From NCBI GenBank assembly GCA_013265495.1, contig MU057930.1, forward strand, positions 1,318,057-1,382,056: DNA of 64,000 nt, in the 5' to 3' direction. Made by a program: the position numbers and the translations under genes. Origin of the DNA: Vicugna vicugna. Taxonomy: Eukaryota. The notes below the pieces were generated by a model. The model had not been told where the DNA came from and ran no database searches. It saw only the letters and a list, made by a program, of their open reading frames with translations. Shown here piece by piece: positions 1 to 13,621 of this stretch; positions within the stretch are counted from its first letter, which is position 1, and every line of letters begins with the position of its first letter.

Positions 1-285
1 CACGATGCTCATGCCATCCACCCGTGACGGGGGACCCGGTGTTAGGAACCTGTGCCATTAAATTTCTCGTTTCAATCCAATTACTGTCCGTCCTAATCAG
101 AGACTGCCATCCTGGGGGGAAAGCTAGGTTTTTCAAGTTGTGATGCTAGGGGAAGTATTCTTAACCTCTGCCTGATATGGAACATTACGTAAGAGGACTA
201 GACTGTAAACGCCCTTCTTCGGGTCTTTCGGTTGAACTCTGTGTTCAGAGACTCACCGAGGCGGATTTAAATACATGCAGCTTAC

Positions 286-3014
286 TGTTCTTCATGGCTG
301 TACTGACTTCCTTTGTACCACTGCAACACAGGTGGTCCATCCAGTCTACTTCTGAGGAGGACACATGTGTTCTGGGGGTTTGCTTTGACGAAAGAAGTCT
401 GTGAACATCCCTGCAAGTGCCTCGTGGTCTACGTGGTCCTGAGATATCCATGGTTTATGCATTCGAGCAGAACTGCTGGTTTATGACTTATTCTTACCAT
501 AGACTTCCCTCTGAAACCACACTGACAACTGACAATCCAACAACAGGTGGGTGGGCGTGTCCACTGATTCAAGGCCCCGGGTGTCCTCAGTATTTGTCAA
601 ATATTGTTGTTTTAGCAAACCGTATAGCAAGACATGATACCTCATTGTTAAGTTTGTGCGTATATTCCATGAATGAACTTAAAAACCTTTCATATGTTTG
701 AGTTCTATTCATTTTGTATTGAAGCACAGTTGACTTACAATGTTGTGATGGTTTCAGGTGTACAGCATAGTGATTCAGTTGTACATACATACTTTTTCAT
801 TACAGGTTATTACAAGATATTAAGTGGAGTTCCCTGTATTATACAGTAGGAACATGTTTATCTATTTTACATATATATATATGAGTTAACATCTGCAAAT
901 CTCGAACTCGCAGTTTATCCCTTCCCCCTGGCAACCAGAAGTTTGTTTTCTGTCTGTGAGTCTTTCTGTTCTGTAAATAAGTTCCTTTGTCTTTTTTTCA
1001 GATTCCACATATGCGATATCCTATTTTTCTTTCTCTTTCTGGCTTACATAAATTTTTAATAGAGAATCTTTTTAGTGCTTTTGCTCACCTTTACTTCAGT
1101 GACTGCCTCTTGAAGAGTGGACATGTGCTGTCTTCATTATCCCACAGTCTTCATGGGTAGGTGAATGCAGTTTCCTTTGGTTGAGTAAGGCAGTTTTAGG
1201 CACAGAGTAAAGGCTCCATAAAACGTTTCTGAACTGAACTGAACAGAAAGCATTTGTGTGTGTGTGATTTGATTCTGAATTCTGGGTCTTTCCAAATTAA
1301 GGAGAGCCCATGACTATACACAACTAATTACGCTCCAAATAGTTAATGTTTCCTATTTTCATCGGCCAGAAGACAAGCAAAGATTAATCAACTGCTCTCT
1401 ATCACAGCTTCACAAGGAGGAAAAAAGGGCATTTACAAACTCAAGAAAATCTGCCTTCTCCCATTTTCCTTCCTGTGCATGGCTACGACTCCCTCACATT
1501 TTCTGGCATGAGTTTCTGGCAACTGATGTTAATTCTTACGACTCACCGCTTGCCTAGAGTAAGCCGTGTCATTTAATTAAGGAACAAAAATAATACTGGT
1601 AAGAAAGGCATCGGGATGTAGAGAGAAAATACTTTTAAAACCTTGCACTAAACTACAGAGTTCACCAACTATCCGTACACTTCAGCATCCACGTGAAGGT
1701 GGCAGGGCCCAGATGACTAACACACTGAAGTTAGAATCGCGGTGGAGTGAGTCAGGAGACGGACAGCTCCTCACAGCTTTCATTTCCGTAAGAAGCCTTG
1801 TATCCATACATAAGATGTATGTTTACATCGGTATGTAAGTGGGTTGTCCTCGTAACGTGGCGATTCTGCTTCATTCTGCAGTCACAACAGCAATCTGGTT
1901 CCTTATATCAGACGCTCAAATGGTTTTAAAGCGCGTTCCTGTTTTCGGTTCCCTAGCGATTCTGAACACTGAAAACGAACACGCACACCGGAACCACGAG
2001 CTCTGTGGAATCATTAGCCCACCGGGAAAGCACGGGCTGCAGCCTCAGGTCCTTAATCACACGTCACCCCTGAGGGTTTTAAGCCCAGTAAAGCTGTAAA
2101 AAATCACTGGATCAGTTCCCTCAGTCACTACGGCTGTTTTCAGGATGAAAAAGTGTGAACGTTCTCTGTGAACAGAGATGAACTGTGAATTTCACTTTGG
2201 CTTTGTATCCAGCAGTCTGATGTTGAAATAACGTGAACATTTACATGATGAATAAAGACGGGCACAGGGATGTCCAACAGTAATGAAGATCTGTGTGACT
2301 CTGCAAAAGCGTGAAACGGCCCCACTTCTGGTTACTTCCACGGTGATGGCAGAACTTACTGCACAAATCTGTGGGCAGCTCTCTGTCCCGGCAGAACCAC
2401 GGGGCGCTCGTCAAAGGCACGTTGCCAGCGTGGGCTGCTGTACATGAGTGAGTGAGGACACGCTGTGATGCGAGGGAAGCCGGGCACACACGCCTCACAT
2501 GTGCGGACCTCACAGCGATGTACTAAACTGCTGGCAGAACCGCCTTTGCCGGCACAGAATTTCTAACTGCTTGGAGGCTGACAGGGGTGCAAAGCCATTT
2601 CCAAGGGCAGTTTTGGGCATGAAAACGCATAAAAGCGAGACCAGTTCAACTGAATAAAGAGTGAGGAAAAGCAATTCTCACGCTTGGACTTGGGCTGCTT
2701 AAAATGCCTGGACTCCACTCCAACACAAAACCCTGTAATGGTCTAGGACACAAAGGAATAATCATGATCATAAGGAATGCCACAATGGCAGCATACTTAC
2801 CTAAAAATACTTGGACTATTAAACATCAGAGTTAGCGGAGACAGACTACGATGCAAATTCATGTTTTAAAATGGTGGAGGTTCAATGCTTAGCACCATAC
2901 ATGAACCCTGAATCTTTTTCCCCCTTCGACGTGAAAGAAAACAGTTGGTGCAAACTGGTACTTAGAGCATGGACCGACTCAGTTACCCTCACTGTTTACT
3001 GACAAAAGACAAGT
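286..3014 (-). pseudogene. Three exons (3014 or 2998-2801, 2437-2360, 410-286): post-CDC25 domain copy 2
   Basis: GTAAGT, GTAAGT and GTAAGC donors, phases compatible: ...PPPF*NMNLHRSLSPLTLMFNSPSIFSSPRWQRAFDERPVVLPGQRAAHRFVQDVHRLLSSKQTPRTHVSSSEVDWMDHLCCSGTKEVSTAMKN. Confidence 0.75.
705..1047 (-). mobile_element. L1 3' end fragment
   Basis: Reverse complement of the L1 3' UTR; similar to 3720-4130. Confidence 0.8.
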
Positions 3015-3718
3015 CTGAAAGTGATGGAACATGAGGGTTTCAAAACAGGCAATGAAGACCCCATGACCAAGGACCCCCACCTAGAGCACGTTCTCTCCAA
3101 GGCTGTCTCCCTGTGTCCTCACACTGCTTATTAACATAACCTCTCACAACAGTGGTAAACTCAAGGTGCAGAGCCAGTGGGACTTCCCTAAAGGCCTGGA
3201 GACGCAGAGAAGAGATGGCACAAGCAAACTGTCGGGGAAAGGTGCCCGTACGGTACACCTCACACACTGAGACGGGAACTGAGAGCGAAGGGAGTAACCA
3301 CAACCGTGAACACGACACACAAAGTGCAAGTTCAAACACTGCATATTCCTTGTAAGACAGATTTCCACGCTGTGCTAAACTTTAAGTCTACCTGCGTAAT
3401 GAGGATGTCCCCCCAGGACAATCCCCCCTGCGAAGAGTGCCACCTCTTGTTTGTTCCCCATCACAGGAGGAGCTGGACACCGGGAACTCCCGGGCACCCC
3501 ACTCCCTGTGTGTGAAGCGCCGGTCCTGTCTGAGCCACGCGAGGAGGGGAGGCCGGGCTGGCAAACGCAGGACTGGGAGGTTAAAGCACCCTTGAGCAAA
3601 ATTACTAGGGATGTGCCAGGAACTGGCAAGTATATGCTGCTTACAAAGAAATCCTCAAGCAATGAATTAACCAAGCGAGTATGTCAGAGACCCTGCCTCC
3701 CTCACAATACTTGTACTT

Positions 3719-4925
3719 GCAGTTTCTTTTTATTAACTTAAGTACAGTCAGTGACAATGTGTCCATCTCTGGTGTACAGCACACTGTCCCAGTCATGCAT
3801 ACACATACGTATGTTAATTTTCATACTCTTTTTCACTAAAGGTTACTACAAGATATTGAATATAGTTCCCTGTGCTATACAGAAGACATTTCTTGTTTTT
3901 TAATCGACTTTTTACATACTGTGGCTAACATCTGCAAATCTCAAATTCCCAAATGTATCCCTTCCCACATCCCTTTCCCCAGGAAACCATAAGACTGTTC
4001 ACTATGTCTGCGAGTCTGTTTCTCTTGTATAGATGAGTTCATTAGTGTCCTCTTTTCTTTTTTTTAAATTCCACATAAGTGATCTCATATGGTATTTTTC
4101 TTTTTCTTTCTAGCTTACTTCACTTAGAATGATGATCTCTATATCCATCCATGTGGCTGCAAATGGCATTGTTTTATTCTTTTTTTATGGCTGAGTAGTA
4201 TTCCATTGTATAACTATACCACAGCTTCTTTATCCAGTCATCTGTCAATGGATATTTAGGCTGTTTCCGTGTCTTGGCTATTGTAAACAGTGCTGCTATG
4301 AACATTGGGGTGCAGGTTTCTTTTTGAAGTAGGGTTCCTTTTGCATATGTGCCCAGGAGCGGGATGACTGGGTCATATGGTAAGTCTATTCCTAGTCTTT
4401 TGAGGAATCTCCATACTGTTTTCCACAGTGGCTGCACCAAACTGCATTCCCACCAGCAGTGAAGGAGGGTTCCCTTTTCTCCACAGCCTCTCCAGCATTT
4501 GTCATTTGTGGACTTTTGAATGATGGCCATTCTGACTGGTGTGAGGTGATACCTCATGGTAGTTTTGACTTGCATTTCTCTGATAATTAGTGATATTGAG
4601 CATTTCTTCATGTGCTTCTTGATCATTTGTATATCTTCCTTGGAGAATTGCTTGTTTAGGTCTTTTGCCCATTTTTGGATTGGGTTGTTTATTTTTTTCT
4701 TACTGAGCCGTATGAGCTGCTTATATATTCTGGAGATCAAGCCTTTGTTGATTTCATTTGCAAAAATTTTCTCCCATTCCATAGGTTGTCTTTTTGTTTT
4801 ACTTCTGGTTTCCTTTGCTGCGCAGAAGCTTTTAAGTTTCATTAGGTCCCATTAGTTCACTTTTGCTCTTAATTCTACCGCCTGGGTAGGCTGCCCCGGG
4901 AGAAGGCTGCTAACATTTATGGGGG
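3719..4925 (-). mobile_element. 5'-truncated, relatively young L1 (ORF2 C-terminus and 3' UTR)
   Basis: ORF 4174-4842 is the L1 ORF2p C-terminus including the [18 protein letters not shown] zinc knuckle; perfect 11-bp TSD TACTTGTACTT at 3708-3718 and 4926-4936. Confidence 0.95.
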
Positions 4926-5346
4926 TACTTGTACTTTTCCCCTTGCCTCTTACAGTCCCAGGCAGGGGTCCCTGGGTTCCTGGATACAGGCCCCCACATC
5001 TTCCGAGGAGCAGTCACCTGCTGCAGCACCAGGAGGAGGCAGCTTTGCTCCTGGACTTTCTGAGGGTGGCGGGGCTCAGAAGGTTTGAGGGGAGCAATGA
5101 TTCAGGGACACAAGTCTTGGAGGGAGGGGAAGGCAGATGCCGAACACTAGAACGTGACAGAAAGGAATGAAGTAGACTCTAAAGATATTTCAGAAGCGCA
5201 CAGCCTTGGACTCGAGTTTCTTTAACCAAATGGAGTAACCATAAGAATGTTGTGTCTAGATGTGTGCGTGTCTGTGTATCCATGCAGAGAATGAAAGACG
5301 CGTCCATCCATCCTACCTCTCAGCACCTGGGTATGATGCTATCATC

Positions 5347-5477
5347 TTTTTTTTTTTTTTCTGGAGGGGAGGTAACTAGGTATATTTAGTCAATTTAGTT
5401 TAGTGGAGGTGCTGGGGATTGAATCCAGGACCTCGTGCATGCTAAGCATGCACTCTACCCCTGAGCTATACCCTCCC
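5347..5477 (-). mobile_element. tRNA-derived SINE (camelid Vic-1 type)
   Basis: Head GGGAGGGTATAGCTCAG...GGATTCAATCCCCAG, AT-rich linker and poly-A tail. Confidence 0.9.
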
Positions 5478-5578
5478 TCCCTATCACCTCATCTTCATCC
5501 TTCCAACACACACCACCCAGGTGTGTCTTCATCTATGACATAACCATCCATCCTTCATCCCTTCCATCACCTTCATCT

Positions 5579-5579
<1 letters not shown>

Positions 5580-5610
<31 letters not shown>

Positions 5611-5612
5611 CC
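5580..5612. repeat. (CA)n microsatellite
   Basis: Directly visible. Confidence 0.9.
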
Positions 5613-6599
5613 CCATACTAAGTACTGAACGTTCAGAGACTGGGGGTTTCCAGGTGAAAGGGAAGGGGAAAGAATGGCCAGCGTCACGTCCTGGACACTC
5701 CCTGCCCAGTGCTCCCGATTACACAGCTGTAAACGTAACGGGGGGACACGGCCGTGCCCATCGTGGAAAAGTGAGTGTTGGCTACAGTTTGCTTTGTAAC
5801 GGAACGAAATGGGCGGGAAGTGTACTGTGGGCAGCTCCCAGCGCCTGCCAGACAGTAGTGTAGCTGATAAAATGTACCCAGCCCATCCACTGTATCTATT
5901 CCCGCACATTGGCATTATTCTGGGTTACTTTTTTTTTTATCATCTTCAAGAGGTAATGGTGCTGACAGAGAGCAGCTCTGCAACTTTACTGAAGGTTGTG
6001 TAATAGCCCTTTTCTACTGGATTTATTAAAAAAAAAAAAAAAGGAGTTGCTTTTCTGAGCATCAGTGTAGCCGCACATTACAGAACAATTTGTAGTCATT
6101 TTACTCATTTTCTGAAAGAAGCATGAGGCAAACTACCCCACGCCTTGGTTCTCCATTCATTACTTCAGGGTATGAAGGTTGTTTTCCTTTAAAGATTAAA
6201 AATTATTGTAATTCCGAGACATGATGGAAAAACTCGGCTGAAACCTATTTTCTGAGCAGAAAAAAGAAATCAAAACACTCGGAAAAATGAATTATTTAAG
6301 CAAAGGCAGTCTGAAATGTTAGATCAATAAAATTAAGCCAATATCTTGGCACATGGACTGATGAAATCTGAAAATACACTGTGAATTTTACAATGCACTG
6401 CCCAAAGAAACCACTTAAAGAATTGCGCCTTCGTTTACTTACTTTTTACTTTTTGGTACTGAATGACTGCTTTCAACTTCGATCCCTTGAATTAACATGA
6501 TCTCTGACTTAACAGCCATACATTTTCAACAGCTACCTTTCTCCAACTTCAGCTGCCAAGATTTGTTTTACATGCAGTGAGAGTCACAGAAACACTTAC

Positions 6600-6995
6600 T
6601 TCCCTGTATTTCAATGGGATTTTTCTCCGCCACCCCCCTTTCTATTTCTGGAGAATTATTTGCACGAGACAAGAATTCAATGTAGGAAAATACTCTAAAT
6701 AAAAAGACACAGCCAGCTGACCTTTGGCGATGGCTCTGGTAGACCTGAGTCTAAGTGCACTGCCCATCACTTTTTAATTTCCACTTCTCGTTGTGGAGAG
6801 GCGGTGTCAGAAAGACATGGCGACACTCACCTGGCATCTCCAAGATGCAGTCTGGGTGTCCCAAAGGTCTATGGTTTAGTGACGTGAAGGTGGAAGGCTA
6901 CCTTGTCAGATTGTAAACATATAATCAGCAGCTGCAGTGCTGGCATTAAACATATAATCAGCAGCTGCAGTGCTGGCATTTAAGATGGTCCAGTC
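6600..6995 (-). pseudogene. Two exons (6995-6831 with a 33-bp internal duplication; 6694-6600)
   Basis: CAG|GTGAGT and AA|GTAAGT donors; phase-2 join ...PRLHLGDA-R-VFSYIEFLSRANNSPEIERGVAEKNPIEIQG; two stops in the first exon. Confidence 0.7.
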
Positions 6996-9509
6996 CTTGG
7001 GATTCCAAGGACGTGCGGTTACAGACGGGAAGTGAGGGGAGAGAACAGGCCTTCAAGAAGAGCTGTGTTGTAACTTATTTTAACCCATTAAGTTATCAAC
7101 AGTAACAGAGCACAGCAGGTTAGTCTACCCGACAAAGTGGAACATCACCGTCCCTCAGGTACCTGACAGGTAAATGCTACGTTGAAACACTTGAACGCGG
7201 ACAGCCAACTGGAGCCGTGAACGAGGCTGAATGCCACCGAGCCCCGTTACCCTGGAAAGCAGGGGTGGCTAAGAGCTCCCCGCCCTCTGGCGTCCGGGGA
7301 AACTCACTCCTTATGTGACCTGGGAAGACTCACGGACGCCCCCTGCCCGCCCAGGACAAGCCCAGATGCAGACCCTGCATGTTCCCACCCCTCGTCTCCT
7401 AAAGGAGGCACTGAACTGTTCAGCCCGCACTCCGCCAGGGGAACACACTCACTTTAACTCGCTTTCTCCTGTGAGGCGTGAACTTTGGCCCCCTGCCAGT
7501 CTGAGCCATGGAACCAACCCTCTTTAAGTGTCCCCCTCCCCCCTAAAAAAAACCACCAACAGACAGGCTGCTATGGCTACAAAACATCCTCCCACCTGGC
7601 TGTCGGAGGACCCAGCACTGCCGCACACAGAGACTGCGACATGGCTGGCGGTAAGTGCTGGACCTGCCGCGACAGTCTGCCCCCAGGTCAGCAGCCACCC
7701 CCACGTCGGCAGTCCCCCATGGGAAGTCCACCTCTGTCCCCAGCACGGCTGAGAGCTTTCCCCACGCCCACCCCGGCCCACCCTGGGGTGCACACAGGAC
7801 GCCCGGGGCACCCTAACCTTCACCGCTTTCCTCTGATAGCCGGCCCATCTGTGCTGAGGCTGCAGGAACCCAATCCACCCTTCTGCCTGGAACAACTCAG
7901 CCAACAGCAGCAGACAAAATGCATGAAACATCGGATCTCAGCACGTCAGACGTGACACGAAGAATGCCCCGAAAGAAGGAAGACGAGACTGTCCCTCCAG
8001 AGACCCTGAGGACAGTGCCTGAGCCGAGTGACAGCCAGACAGTTCACTGAGACAGCCTCTCTAGAGTTCCACACATGAGAAAAGTATATAGAAGAACACA
8101 TGGTTAGCAGAGAGGAAAATAACACATTTTTGAAAGCAAAAGCTATTTACAAAACGGGTCGTGTTGAGTGCAGGGTTAGTTTCTGTGAGGAAACAAATAC
8201 GAAAAACTAGTAACATTCAAAGCTGAGTTTCATGAAAGAAAACCAAGGGACGTTCCCAAAGGACGGATAGAAGATGACACATTATTTCCCAAGAAAAAAT
8301 AAAGCTCAACCGTGGGCAACACTAAACACATCAGACATACACACACAGACGCAGGAATGCATCTGGTACACGTGCTCGTACACACACCAGAGGCCAAGCA
8401 CGTCTCACTGACAGATACACAATCTCAACATATCTTGGTGATAAATAGTTAACCTACAAAACACACATCACATATATACATATATATAAAGATGTATCTA
8501 AATGTATATAAATATATATGAATCATGTATATACACACACACACACACCCCCCTTAGGGCTATGTGGTTCACCATCCATTTCTAAATCTACTCAAAACAC
8601 AGGGGAGCAAATAGGAAAAACAGTTTGTAAAAAACAGCCAATAGGAAAAGCAAAATAAATCAGTCACAACTGATGAAACGACTGATGAAAAATGTGTGCA
8701 TACAAGATTCTCAGTGAGCTCTGAACTGAAACAGGTAACTAAGCAATTTTAAAACCTCACTTCCAGAAGCAAAGTACATAGGGTGCACCTTAATTACAAA
8801 ATTAATTACAGGGTTTTGGGGTGTGGACTACAACAAAGGACACATTTTAGAGCTGCTAGTTTGTAAATTTTTTTTCAACTCGTGTACAGTAGATTCAATC
8901 CAACGGTGAATAAACGACCAACGTGATCTCAGTGTACAGTACTCCTGAGAAGGTGTTATCTACAAGTCACCAGGCACTGGCATCACATGAGCTGCTCACA
9001 CAATGCAGATTCCAAAGCCCTGGCCCCCTCGAGAGACTGAACAGAGGGTCTCCCGAAATGGACACGGTCTTCTCCAAACACCGCAGGTGGTTTGAATGGA
9101 AGTGGTTCTTCGCCTCACTTTGAGAAATATTGAAACAGACAAACCAAAACCTTTCCATCAACAATTACAGAAATATCTGCATTCCTCACACACCAAGAGT
9201 GCGTCAAATAGAGCTGGCAAAGGACAAAATAAAGCAGGTACCGTCCACCGAAAAGCACAGAAGGAGACAAAATGAGGTAAGGTTTAACCCAACCCAAGAC
9301 CGTATTAACGGTTTACACCACATCAGCGGACCAAATTTGTAACAGACCAATGCAGACTCAAGAGACACATGGAAAGTCAATCAGAAGGGTTGCCAGTTGA
9401 AGAAAGGAGAAAGACTTACGGAAACATATGTAGTCAGAATTAGAACAAGCCTGGCGATGCTAATGGCAGGCACATTTGGATCTAAGACGCTCATCATCAA
9501 ATAAAAGCT

Positions 9510-10085
9510 GTATGGACTAGTACCTAGCCGTAAAAAAGAATTAAAATAATGCCATTTGCAGCAACATGGATGCACCTGGAGATCATCATACTAAGTGAAG
9601 TAAGCCAGACAGAGAAAGACAAATACCACGTATCACTTATTTGTGGAACCTAAAAAATACAAATGAATGCTTATGCAAATCAGAAAGAGATTCACAGACA
9701 TAGAAAATAAACTTATGGTGACCAAAGGGGTAAGGGAGGGTGAATTAGGAATTTGGGATTTGCAAATACACACTACTATATATAAAACAGATGAACAAGT
9801 TTATACTGTACAGCACAGGGAACTATATTCAGTACCTTGTAATAGTCTGTAATATAAAGAATATGAAAAGCAATATATATATATGACTGAATCACCATGC
9901 TGTACCCCAGAAACTAACACAACACTGTAAATTGACTGTACTTCCATAAAAAACATCCGGTAATAATGTATAATGGAAAAGCAGCTGAAAAAGAATATAT
10001 ATCTATGTATAAATGAGTCACTCCGCTGTACACCTGAAACTAAGATAAGACTGTAAACTCAGCTATACTTCAATTAAAAAAAAAG
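9510..10085 (+). mobile_element. L1 3' end followed by a second, diverged L1 3' tail (9961-10085)
   Basis: gccatttgcagcaacatggatg...ctaagtgaagtaagccagacagagaaagacaaata; two tgctgtac.cc.gaaactaa...cttcaat + poly-A termini. Confidence 0.85.
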
Positions 10086-10391
10086 AGGTAAAAGGGAAAG
10101 AAAAAACTTGTAAAGTGCAAAACCATCCGTACGTGCGCCTGTCTGTGTAAGACCCCTGAGCTCCTGAGCGCGTGTGGCTCCCCGCCCAGGGGCCCCAGCA
10201 CGGCCCACTCCCTCCCTCCATCCATGTGGTAACAGGTCCCCGTCTGTCAGGACACACTGGCCACCTGCGTGCAGCAGATCCTGAGGCTCTCCTCTGGCTT
10301 TAGGGTCTCTGTGCCGCCCTAAGGGGACACGCCCTGTCAGGGTCTGGCAGTCCTGAAGGCTGAAGCCATCGGTAAACTTAAGCTCCCTTAC

Positions 10392-10765
10392 AAGGCAGCG
10401 GGATCACAGGGGTCTGGGGGTGAGGGACGGCGGCCAGCTCCAGACAGAGGTCTCCTCGGCGTGACCCTGCAGGACAAGACATGAGCCCGCAGGAGACCAC
10501 GTCCTTGGCCCAGATGCGCGGTGACTCGGCGAGACTCCTCTTGACTCTGCCCACACAGATGCACAGAATCAGGCGACCCCGGGGTGCCTGGATACTGGCA
10601 CGGTGTCCTGCCCTGAGGGACATCCAGCGCGGAAAGCAGTGCGGACAGCCGCCCAACGGTTCACGAGGGGAAAGACGGACAGGGCGAGGCTGCAGACGCG
10701 GCACTTTGTTTCTCCACTGATTACCTAATGACAACTTCTTTAGATTGTCACAAGCGATGCCATCA
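10392..10765 (-). pseudogene. Two small candidate exons ending CDC25 domain 2 (10765-10725, 10466-10392)
   Basis: Canonical splice sites; LMASLVTI*RSCH and SRRGDLCLELAAVPHPQ (compare E..LY.LS..IEP). Confidence 0.5.
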
Positions 10766-11529
10766 CTTCAATAAAAAAGTGGGAAAAATAGGGCTTTTAA
10801 GTGAGTGCACAGTCTACACCCTGGTGCACCCATCGGCCTAGGGTCACACAGGACCCAAAACGAGAATGCTGGAAGCAGGAACCACTCTGTCAAGCCCGCA
10901 GGGCATCTGCCGCTGGTAACTCCTCCTCTCCGCAGCAGGCATTATTATCTTTATTGTTATTTTTAACCAAAGCATCCACCCCCGCAGCAGCGCGTTCCCA
11001 ACGTGATGAACGTCAGCGTTCTCGGGAGGCCAAGGATGTGGCCACGTGGGAAGACAAGGACACAGTTAACCAGGCACCGGCGCCCAGAGGGGCAAAGGCT
11101 GACTTCTCTCTATTCTTCGTAGTGAAATCACCCAAAGGGCACAGAATGCACACTTTTATGACGTGGTATCGTGTGGCACCTGTAGTCTGGAACAGGAGCA
11201 CCAATTAAGATGGTGACTCTGACTTCTCTTCAAAGGCAGCTTTTACAGGGATTTGGGGGGCGTCTTTAAGCTCGTGAGACAACCATGGTTTCTCTGTTCC
11301 TTTTTAAGCAGTATTTACATTTTTTCAACATCTCTCACAATAACGCCACTTTAAAGTTGCACAACTGACTAACTGGCTACCTCTAGTTTCTGTATGAGAC
11401 ACATACAAGAGAGGAAAAAATTAGCCGACAACAAAAATCTCACAGGGGATTAGCTTCCGTGAACTTGACAGAAATAACGTACATTATCACTTAGGTATTT
11501 AGTAATTAAGTGGACTCATTCATTCTCAC

Positions 11530-11766
11530 GTACACTTGGTAGAAGCAGTCTGTTCCAGTGGACTAGGATACTTCTCTCGTTGCTATTTTTAACAGCACAC
11601 GCTGTAAACCTAGGATTATCTGAAAGCATAAACTTCGTCTTCCTGCCATGAATAAAACCTCATTAATAGGGGAGGCCAGAAATGAGTGGTGATTACCAAA
11701 GACCAGCGAGTATTCTAAGGTCTTTACAATTATTACCTGTTTGGTCATCAAAATAACCTTCTGGAG
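11530..11766 (-). pseudogene. Exon: CDC25 domain 2, C-terminal motifs
   Basis: APEGYFDDQTGNNCKDLRILAGLW*SPLI / FLASPINEVLFMAG / SILVHWNRLL matches ..N.KNYR..L....P.IPFLG..L.DL.F..EG....LVNF.K; GTGAGA donor. Confidence 0.75.
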
Positions 11767-11924
11767 CTGAAGAAAGGGCGGGATCAGTATGAAGGAAGAG
11801 TGGGATGTTTTCTTTACAAATGGCAAGCCGCTCAGTATACATCTGTCCTCTTTACGCCCTGGTTTTTCCTCCTCCTTTCACTCTGGTGCAGGAAATCACT
11901 CAATGCTAAACAATAAATCCTGTT

Positions 11925-12080
11925 TTTTAACCCCTCAAAGTCTCAACCTCCCCATCTGTGGAATGGGGTAACAGTGATACCAAGTTTGTAAGGGTACTGG
12001 GAGAAACAGACAAGACTGCGGAGAGGATGCAGTAACAGCGAACGCTGTGAGGACTCAGAGTATAATCTGTTAGGTTTTTA
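11925..12080. mobile_element. MIR fragment
   Basis: ctcaacctccccatctgtggaatggggtaacagtgatacc resembles the MIR core. Confidence 0.6.
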
Positions 12081-12287
12081 TCGTTAATAATAATCTGTGG
12101 CTTAGTGACCTTGTTCCCATAGATGTACTTTCCTTTTCTCTCTCTGTGAGGGTTAAACGCAGCATTCGTGTCAGTCCTGAAGGGTCAGAATCCCTGGGAC
12201 GTGGTTTCTGCATCTCCTGTCAACCCGAGAGCAGCGGTCCACGAGGAAGCATCCTGGAGCGTGGTCTCGGAAGATGCTGCAAAATAC

Positions 12288-12420
12288 CTCTCTCCGAGTC
12301 ATTCAGCACACTGGGTGACACACACCCTTGAGAGTCAATCATAAATTTTCTTATGGATGAACTGCCATCAAAGCAGCTAATAAAGCCAGCCCGCGAGAAG
12401 CCATAACACTGTCTGGAAAA
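12288..12420 (-). pseudogene. Exon: CDC25 domain 2 (AI..AL...I.RL region)
   Basis: 133 bp, phase 0 to 1; frames SVMASRGLALLAAL and GSSSIRKFMIDSQGCVSPSVLNDSER; AG|GTATTT donor. Confidence 0.65.
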
Positions 12421-12557
12421 CTACGAGAAAGGAAACCCACCCATAACATAAAGAAGCAGGCCGAGCTTCGACACCTGAACGTGGTAATAAACGAATATGA
12501 AAATTTCCAAATTGTCATGAGAAAGCTATTTGCTCTTTCCCTTAAGGTGTGAGTCAC

Positions 12558-12897
12558 CTTTCAACCTATTTATCCATTATCTCCACAAAATTAAAACAAA
12601 GAAGCAAGCTATATAATGAATGCTCTGTTAGAAATATTTGTATCTTTGCGTGTCGCTAAAATTGTATGGATTCACATTTATATTTTTGCTTTGATCCAAC
12701 CAGAAATGCTACCGTAGATTTATCTGTCAAATTAGGGCATTCTCGTAAAGGGAGACTATTATCGTAAAGACCCGTGGGACAAAACCGGTTCCATTATGTT
12801 GATAATAGCTGGTAATTTATTGGGACAGCAGGAGTAGCAATAAAACCGTGGGACAGAGCTGAACAGTGGAAACGTCAATCTAATAATTTAACGTCTC
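12558..12897 (-). pseudogene. Exon: CDC25 domain 2, N-terminal half (heavily disabled)
   Basis: Long polypyrimidine-tAG acceptor, AAG|GTGACT donor; LTFPLFSSVP...M*IHTILATRKDTNISNRAFII*LASLF*FCGDN resembles WV.T.IL......RA..I..FI.VA..C...N. Confidence 0.7.
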
Positions 12898-13621
12898 CTA
12901 AGAAAATATAAAAAGGAGATGCATGAGGTTCATGATTAAACTTGCTGGCCTGTGTGTATCCAATGCGGTGTTACTGTGTTTCTTTAGCTACACTGTCATT
13001 AATTACTGCTGACAGCGTGTAGTCCTTGTCTAGAGCTGCTTGTTAGTATCGTCACGACACAGACATCTATGTTCGCGCATTTCTGAGAACTTCTCTCGCG
13101 CGTCCCGAATCATTAGGATTTGGTTATGCTAACTGTCTGTCGTAACAATATTTAACCGCGTTTTTCAGCAACAGTAATAGAAGAACATTTAACTGACAGT
13201 GGCATAAATACAGTTTCCACATGGATTCAATTTACAACAGAAATAAGATGGAGAATAACGACCTTAAGAAAAATCTGGGAACGAAAACACGTGTATGAGT
13301 TTTTTTACTATAGAGCTAATCCAGCTCAGTGTAAATGCTTTTCCTAAGCGTAGGTCACATAAACCCAAAGACACAGCCCACAGGCAATCTGCCTTCACAC
13401 GTCTGCCCTACGTCTAGGGCATGGAAATACAGTTCAACCTGCAAATGATAACATTACAATAAAAACACCCTCAGACCGTAAGGAAACCGCGCAGAGTCAG
13501 GGAAATCTGAAAACGGAGGTCTTCTGTGGGAATGTGCTTCTGTTTCACCATTTCCTCTCTGTTTTAACGTAACCTTTTCTCCCAAGGAGGTGGAGCATTT
13601 TGTTAAGTCTAAATGGAAATT

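Noticed and set aside
4556..4855. Hydrophobic 99-aa plus-strand ORF
   Set aside because: It is the antisense frame of L1 ORF2.
11530..11766. GREB1-like motif PEG...KDLR
   Set aside because: Wrong position in the gene; this exon and its neighbours fit consecutive CDC25 motifs far better.
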